DNA of 33,866 bases from Prochlorococcus sp. AG-363-O06 (GTDB lineage: Bacteria > Cyanobacteriota > Cyanobacteriia > PCC-6307 > Cyanobiaceae): positions 1-33,866 of the forward strand of contig QCFY01000013.1 in NCBI GenBank assembly GCA_003280085.1, written 5' to 3'. A program made the translations under genes and the position numbers. Positions 28,597 through 33,866 of this stretch are shown here, one piece after another. Within the stretch, counting starts at the first letter, position 1, and each line of letters begins with the position of its first letter. Under the pieces are notes generated by a model. The model saw nothing but the letters and a program-made list of their open reading frames with translations. It made no database searches and was not told where the DNA came from.

Positions 28597-28789
28597 TGAA
28601 AAAAGGGCATGAATGGCCCATGTTCAATCTAGCCATGCTTTGGCAAAGTCAAATAACAAAATTCAGAATTCCATTAATTTGATCAGGTAATTGGAAAATC
28701 AAAACCTCCAATTAAGGCTTGCAGTCTAGTTTGAAAAATAATGTTGGTCCATTTTTAAGGGCAACTCATCTGATTCAACTATAGAAATT

Positions 28790-29122
28790 TCAATTAGAAG
28801 GAATTAGCTCATTTCCTTCCAGTGCCTTTAGAGCATCATCTATTGCATCAGATGGATCGGTGGCATTTTCCATCGCAGTCGCTCTACGAAGACGATTCAT
28901 TAAATCCATAGGATTCGCTGAATCTAAAATCGAACCCGTATCACTCTCTCCAGGAATGGTTTTGTAAAGCTCCCTTTCTTGAGGAAGCTCTCGAGAAAAT
29001 GCCAGAAGAGGAAAGCTACAACAAGAAGCAATACCTAAAGAAAAAAAGAGGGCCTTGGAAATCGAGAGGGGCCTAAACCTATATCTATAGGCCTTGAAAT
29101 TAGAACTAATGAATCGTTTCAT
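28790..29122 (-). CDS. Hypothetical small secreted protein (N-terminal signal peptide)
   Basis: 110 aa. Basic N-terminus followed by a hydrophobic stretch ALFFSLGIASCCSFPLLAFS, then an acidic C-terminal half. It is divergent from xth. Confidence 0.4.
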   Translation of the reverse strand: MKRFISSNFKAYRYRFRPLSISKALFFSLGIASCCSFPLLAFSRELPQERELYKTIPGESDTGSILDSANPMDLMNRLRRATAMENATDPSDAIDDALKALEGNELIPSN

Positions 29123-29184
29123 ATATCTCTAATGAAGTTGGCTTGGCTTTAATGCTAAAGGTTTCATTATAAAGGGTAAATTCA

Positions 29185-30024
29185 GTGCTAATTGCAACCT
29201 GGAACGTAAATTCAATTCGCACTCGACTAGATCACGTCAAATCATGGCTAAAAGCTATTAAACCTGATGTGCTTTGCATACAAGAAACGAAGGTAGATAA
29301 TCCTTTGTTTCCAAAAAATGAATTTGAAGACATTGGCTATGAAGTGAGATTCTTTGGTCAAAAGGCATACAACGGTGTTGCAATAATTAGCAAATTGCCA
29401 ATTGATGATGTTCGTACTGGATTTTGCGGTGAATTAAAAGATGATTCTGAAACGGATATTTTTGAGGCTCAAAAAAGAATTATCAGTGCACTTATTAATA
29501 ATATAAGGATCATAAATGTATATGTTCCTAACGGCTCGGCATTAGGAACAGAAAAATACCACTATAAACTTAAATGGTTAAAATATTTGAAAAGATATAT
29601 AGATCTTATCGAGAATAGGGGAGAGCCGATATGCCTTCTAGGAGATTTCAATATTGCACTTGAGTCCAAGGATATTCATAGCCCTGAACGGTTAACAGGC
29701 GGGATAATGGCTAGTGAATTAGAAAGAAGTGAGTTGAAAGGAATTATTAATAATAGGCTTCAAGATGTATTTAGGCTTTTCGAACAAGATACAAATCATT
29801 GGAGTTGGTGGGACTATAGAAGCGGCGCCTGGGACAGAGATAAAGGATGGAGGATTGACCATATATATTTATCTGAAGAGCTAGTTGAAAATACAAAAAG
29901 TTGCCTTATCGATAAAAATACAAGAGGGTTAATAAAACCTAGTGATCATGCTCCAGTTTTAGTCGATATAAATTGGCCCCCTTTAGAAGAAGAATCTTCT
30001 GAAATAGAATTTCTTGAGTATTAA
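29185..30024 (+). CDS. xth: Exodeoxyribonuclease III (ExoIII/APE family AP endonuclease); GTG start
   Basis: N-terminal LIATWNVNSIRTR, LCIQETK, the …GDFNI… and …WSWWDYR… segments, and C-terminal SDHAPV (catalytic His). About 279 aa. Confidence 0.9.
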   Translation: MLIATWNVNSIRTRLDHVKSWLKAIKPDVLCIQETKVDNPLFPKNEFEDIGYEVRFFGQKAYNGVAIISKLPIDDVRTGFCGELKDDSETDIFEAQKRIISALINNIRIINVYVPNGSALGTEKYHYKLKWLKYLKRYIDLIENRGEPICLLGDFNIALESKDIHSPERLTGGIMASELERSELKGIINNRLQDVFRLFEQDTNHWSWWDYRSGAWDRDKGWRIDHIYLSEELVENTKSCLIDKNTRGLIKPSDHAPVLVDINWPPLEEESSEIEFLEY

Positions 30025-30042
30025 GTATAAAGAATATTTAGT

Positions 30043-31515
30043 CTAGAAAGCATCTATTTCAGAGGATAAAATACCTTGATCTTTGCTGAGAAAAACCTTT
30101 TTTCTTGCAGATTCTCCACATGTCCTGGGGGTTGGAAAGATCTTTCCAGGATTCGCCAGCCTGAAGGGATCAAATGCTTTACGAAGTAATTGCATCGTCT
30201 CCAAATCATCATTGGAGAACATCCACTCCATATAGCAGCGTTTATCAGCCCCGACGCCATGTTCTCCTGTAATACTGCCCCCAACTGCAAGACACTCTCG
30301 AAGAATCTCTGAACCTAGAGCCCTCACTCGTTCTTCAATATTTTCAACACCTGCTTCATAGAGAATCAAAGGATGAAGGTTGCCGTCACCTGCATGAAAA
30401 ACATTTGCCACAGGCAATTTATGCTTAATACTTAAGCATTCAATTGCTGCCAAAACCTTTGGCAAAGAACTTCTCGGGACCACACCATCTTGAACAAAAT
30501 ATGTTGAAGATATTTGTCCAACAGCTGCAAAAGCTGATTTTCTTCCCTTCCACAAGCGATTCCTATCAATAGGGCTTTCGGCTCTTTTGATTTCTCTTGC
30601 TCCAGCTCTTTTGCAAAGCTTAATTGCTTTATCTGCAGCAACCAAAACTTCTTTTGTCTGACCATCAATTTCTATCAAAAGGACAGCAGATGCGTCTCTT
30701 GGGTATTCATCAACTCCAAAAAGATCATTAACTGCATTAATCATAAAGTTATCCATTATTTCCATGCCAGCTGGTACCAATCCAGAGGCAGTAACTAAAC
30801 GAACAGCCTCTCCTGCCGATTCAATGCTAGAGAAATCAGCTAAAAATACTATCACTTTTTCAGGGGATCTTAGAAGCCTCAAAGTAATTGAAGTGGCTAT
30901 ACCTAAAGTCCCCTCACTTCCAATAAATGCGCCGCGAAGATCTAACTCTGAAGTTTCTGATAATGAACCTCCAAAATTTGTAATAGTGCCATCAGGAAGC
31001 ACCACTTCAAGTCCTAAAACATGGTTACTCGTTACCCCATACTTAAGACAGTGAACCCCTCCAGAGTTCTCAGCAATATTGCCACCAATACTGCAAACAA
31101 TTTGACTCGATGGATCAGGTGCATAATAAAAACCCTCTCCTGCAACGGCTTTAGTGACCCAACTATTTATTACTCCTGGCTGAACAGTCACCAAATGATT
31201 TTCTAAATCAATTTCGAGAATCTTTCTCATTCGGCTAGTTACGACCAAAAGAGCCTCTTGATCCACTAAAGCCCCCCCCGACAAACCTGTTCCACTGCCT
31301 CTAGCCACAAAAGGGACTTCATGTTTATTGCAACATGCAACCACCTGCGCCACTTCCAAAGTCGTCTCTGGCAAGACTGCAATTGGCGGACTGTGACGAT
31401 CTATGGTGAGACCGTCACAGTCATACACAAGTAATTCTTGCCTCTTTGTAACTATTGACTTGCGAGGTAAAAATTCCCTGAGTTCCCTTTCCAGAGCTGA
31501 CCAGTTGTGAGGCAC
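30043..31515 (-). CDS. glcD: FAD-linked oxidase, glycolate oxidase subunit GlcD / D-lactate dehydrogenase type; GTG start
   Basis: FAD-binding PCMH domain (…PIAVLPETTLEVAQVVACCNKHEVPFVARGSGTGLSGGA…), a C-terminal FAD-linked oxidase domain, and about 490 aa. Confidence 0.85.
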   Translation of the reverse strand: MPHNWSALERELREFLPRKSIVTKRQELLVYDCDGLTIDRHSPPIAVLPETTLEVAQVVACCNKHEVPFVARGSGTGLSGGALVDQEALLVVTSRMRKILEIDLENHLVTVQPGVINSWVTKAVAGEGFYYAPDPSSQIVCSIGGNIAENSGGVHCLKYGVTSNHVLGLEVVLPDGTITNFGGSLSETSELDLRGAFIGSEGTLGIATSITLRLLRSPEKVIVFLADFSSIESAGEAVRLVTASGLVPAGMEIMDNFMINAVNDLFGVDEYPRDASAVLLIEIDGQTKEVLVAADKAIKLCKRAGAREIKRAESPIDRNRLWKGRKSAFAAVGQISSTYFVQDGVVPRSSLPKVLAAIECLSIKHKLPVANVFHAGDGNLHPLILYEAGVENIEERVRALGSEILRECLAVGGSITGEHGVGADKRCYMEWMFSNDDLETMQLLRKAFDPFRLANPGKIFPTPRTCGESARKKVFLSKDQGILSSEIDAF

Positions 31516-31652
31516 CGCTTACAAATGAATTATCTACAAATTAGGCAAAATCCAAAGAAACGTATAGAACGTACTAACAAAGTTGAGACGAAAAGGATGG
31601 TTTTAGGCCAATATGTCCAACTGTGTTTATCAGCCCTTTGGCTTCGGTCCCC

Positions 31653-32951
31653 GTGGCAAACGCCTTGAACACCTCCAAATCCCAGGCCATCTTCAGTGCT
31701 GCACAAGCATTGATGCCCGGAGGAGTTAGTTCTCCCGTAAGGGCATTCAAATCCGTGGGTGGACAGCCCATAGTTTTTGATCGTGTAAAAGGTCCCTATG
31801 CATGGGATGTAGATGGCAATCGCTTCATCGACTATGTAGGCAGCTGGGGGCCTGCTATTTGTGGCCATGCTCATCCTGAAGTAATTGCTGCACTTCAAGA
31901 GGCCCTAGAAAAGGGGACGAGCTTTGGTGCACCTTGTCAACTTGAGAATCAGCTGGCTGAGATGGTCATAGAGGCTGTTCCTAGCGTTGAGATGGTTCGA
32001 TTTGTAAATAGCGGCACTGAGGCCTGCATGGCCGTAATGAGGCTAATGAGAGCTTTTACAGGCCGTGACAAAGTAATCAAATTTGAAGGCTGCTACCACG
32101 GCCACGCGGATATGTTTTTGGTCAAAGCCGGGTCAGGAGTTGCGACTCTTGGACTACCCGACTCTCCTGGGGTACCAAGAACAACCACAGCAAACACACT
32201 CACAGCTCCTTACAACGATCTAGAAGCTGTCAAAGAGTTGTTTGCTGAAAATCCAGACGCAATTTCAGGTGTAATTCTTGAGCCGATTGTTGGCAATGCT
32301 GGCTTTATTACTCCCGAGCCAGGGTTCCTTGAAGGGCTAAGAGAATTAACACAAGAAAATGGTGCATTATTAGTTTTCGACGAAGTCATGACTGGCTTTC
32401 GAATTAGCTATGGAGGAGCTCAAGGGCGCTTTGGTGTGACTCCTGACCTAACAACCATGGGCAAAGTAATAGGAGGAGGACTGCCAGTAGGAGCATATGG
32501 AGGTAGAGCTGAAATCATGTCAATGGTTGCTCCAGCTGGTCCCATGTACCAAGCCGGAACACTTAGTGGAAACCCTTTGGCCATGACCGCAGGCATTAAA
32601 ACCCTTGAGCTTTTAAAGCAAGAAGGAACTTATGAGCGATTAGAAACAAGCACAAAACGCTTAATTGAAGGAATTATTTCAGCCGCAAGAGAATCAGGCC
32701 TTGAAATCAATGGGAGTAGCATTGGTGCAATGTTTGGTTTCTATCTTTGTGAGGGACCAGTAAGAAATTTTGAAGAAGCAAAGAATGCCAATACAGAACT
32801 ATTTGGGAAGCTGCATAAAGCCATGCTTGAAAAAGGGGTTTACCTTGCACCTAGTGCATTTGAGGCAGGCTTTACTTCAGTTGCACACACCGATGATGAT
32901 ATAGATGCAACGCTAAAAGCTTTCCAAGAAAGCTTTTCAAGCATAAACTAA
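31653..32951 (+). CDS. hemL: Glutamate-1-semialdehyde 2,1-aminomutase. ORF is open from GTG 31623; GTG 31653 gives the canonical 432-aa protein
   Basis: [46 protein letters not shown], and the PLP Lys region FDEVMTGFR…[18 protein letters not shown]. Confidence 0.95.
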   Translation: MANALNTSKSQAIFSAAQALMPGGVSSPVRAFKSVGGQPIVFDRVKGPYAWDVDGNRFIDYVGSWGPAICGHAHPEVIAALQEALEKGTSFGAPCQLENQLAEMVIEAVPSVEMVRFVNSGTEACMAVMRLMRAFTGRDKVIKFEGCYHGHADMFLVKAGSGVATLGLPDSPGVPRTTTANTLTAPYNDLEAVKELFAENPDAISGVILEPIVGNAGFITPEPGFLEGLRELTQENGALLVFDEVMTGFRISYGGAQGRFGVTPDLTTMGKVIGGGLPVGAYGGRAEIMSMVAPAGPMYQAGTLSGNPLAMTAGIKTLELLKQEGTYERLETSTKRLIEGIISAARESGLEINGSSIGAMFGFYLCEGPVRNFEEAKNANTELFGKLHKAMLEKGVYLAPSAFEAGFTSVAHTDDDIDATLKAFQESFSSIN

Positions 32952-33021
32952 GTTTAAATAGTTAACGTCACTAACTCTAAATTAAATCTTGCAAATTTAT
33001 AGATTAGAGATTGAAGATTAA

Positions 33022-33825
33022 TCAATCTCTACCACCAACTATAACTGGCACACCATTAGATTTACTCCCAGGCAAGGCAGGAACTACTTTTGTTTTTCCA
33101 TCCCACTTATCAAGGAATAGCTTAAATAGAACCTGATCATCAAGACTTCTAGTCAAAGTCTCATATCTTTTTGCTTCTTGTTCGGCTATTTTGACTTCCG
33201 TTTGGGCCCTTAAAAGCTGTTGCTCTGCAATCTGTTTTTGCTCAATAGCTGCTCTATATTCCTCAGCAATCTCAAGTCCCGTTAAGTCAAGTCCACGTAC
33301 ATCTACATAATCAAACTTATCAAGCTCTTCAGCAACAGTTCTTTCTACCAATTCAGAAATATCACTCCATTTACTTGCAATAGTAACTAACTCGTACTGA
33401 GAAAATACTGACTTAAGGGCTTTAAGCAATGAAGGCTGAATTATGCGTGGATAAACCTCACGATCACTATAAGCAATAGTGCTGTAAACCCTCCCTGCCT
33501 CACTTGGCCTTACTGCATATTTGACTGTTGCAGTTGCTTCTATTACTTGAAGGTCCTTAGTAAGAGTTGCAAACTTCTCAGGCCTTACTTGCGTCCTTAC
33601 ATCAAAAGGGAAAACAGCCTGAACAAAAGGTATTTTAAGATTCAAACCAGGCTTGCGAGAACCACCACTCACCTTTCCCAAAGTAGTGACAACAGCAACT
33701 TGGCCAGCAGGAACAATAAATAAGGCCTGCGTAATAAGCAGGAATCCTGCGAAAGAGAGGGCTAATACGAGAGTAGCCGTATTCCCAGAGCCATTTGGAC
33801 TTACGTTGCGCAAAGGACTTGTCAT
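33022..33825 (-). CDS. SPFH/Band-7 family protein (prohibitin/HflC-like)
   Basis: N-terminal TM anchor (ATLVLALSFAGFLLITQALF), then an SPFH domain (FIVPAGQVAVVTTLGKVSGG…LNLKIPFVQAV…) and a C-terminal coiled-coil (AEEYRAAIEQKQIAEQQLLRAQTEVKIAEQEAKR). Confidence 0.85.
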   Translation of the reverse strand: MTSPLRNVSPNGSGNTATLVLALSFAGFLLITQALFIVPAGQVAVVTTLGKVSGGSRKPGLNLKIPFVQAVFPFDVRTQVRPEKFATLTKDLQVIEATATVKYAVRPSEAGRVYSTIAYSDREVYPRIIQPSLLKALKSVFSQYELVTIASKWSDISELVERTVAEELDKFDYVDVRGLDLTGLEIAEEYRAAIEQKQIAEQQLLRAQTEVKIAEQEAKRYETLTRSLDDQVLFKLFLDKWDGKTKVVPALPGSKSNGVPVIVGGRD

Positions 33826-33866
33826 TAGAAATGATTACCTCTATAGATGTTTTTATTTTTAGCGCA

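Noticed and set aside
31530-31898. 122-aa and 65-aa minus-strand ORFs overlapping the hemL 5' end
   Set aside because: They overlap the highly conserved hemL N-terminus on the opposite strand. Cys/Gly-rich nonsense composition.
33006-33030. 9-bp inverted repeat (agagattga…tcaatctct) at the convergent hemL/SPFH junction as a terminator
   Set aside because: The stem is short and AT-rich, its right arm lies inside the last codons of the SPFH gene, and no U-tract follows on either strand. Too weak to call.

Overview
This window reads as a core-genome segment of a low-GC marine picocyanobacterium, most likely Prochlorococcus or a close relative. The evidence is the gene content: psb27, hemC, hemL, a group-1 sigma factor, a cyanobacterial-type ppa, cobK, glcD and argB. 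It is densely packed with housekeeping genes on both strands. In order they are: a dihydroorotase-like protein, lepB, an ArsC-family protein, ppa, proS, psb27, purA, a PfkB kinase, cutA, cobK, ssb, argB, priA, sigA/rpoD, hemC, a second family-I pyrophosphatase, an M32 carboxypeptidase, a YjbQ-family protein, pterin-4a-carbinolamine dehydratase, a COG0523 metallochaperone GTPase with an (HE)n tract, a FutB-like fused ABC permease, a UPF0104 membrane protein, a LarC-family nickel-insertion protein, xth, glcD, hemL and an SPFH/prohibitin protein. I found no tRNA or rRNA genes, CRISPR arrays, transposases, integrases or recognisable defence systems. The points most worth a second look are listed below.
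- There are two family-I pyrophosphatase paralogs. The cyanobacterial-type copy carries an Asp-to-Ala change at a metal-binding position.
- A loose metal-handling neighbourhood combines a His-rich COG0523 GTPase, an orphan FutB-like permease and a standalone LarC.
- Two coding tandem repeats are present: (CATGAA)n in the COG0523 gene and an 18-bp x4 repeat in sigA.
- The priA-sigA intergenic region is unusually long, GC-richer and hairpin-rich.
- Several small uncharacterised ORFs occur: an HTH protein, a small TM protein overlapping the ppa start, a 67-aa coiled-coil ORF, a 218-aa protein and a 110-aa secreted protein.
Many CDS starts are GTG or TTG and were chosen by eye against homolog N-termini, so start coordinates are approximate.
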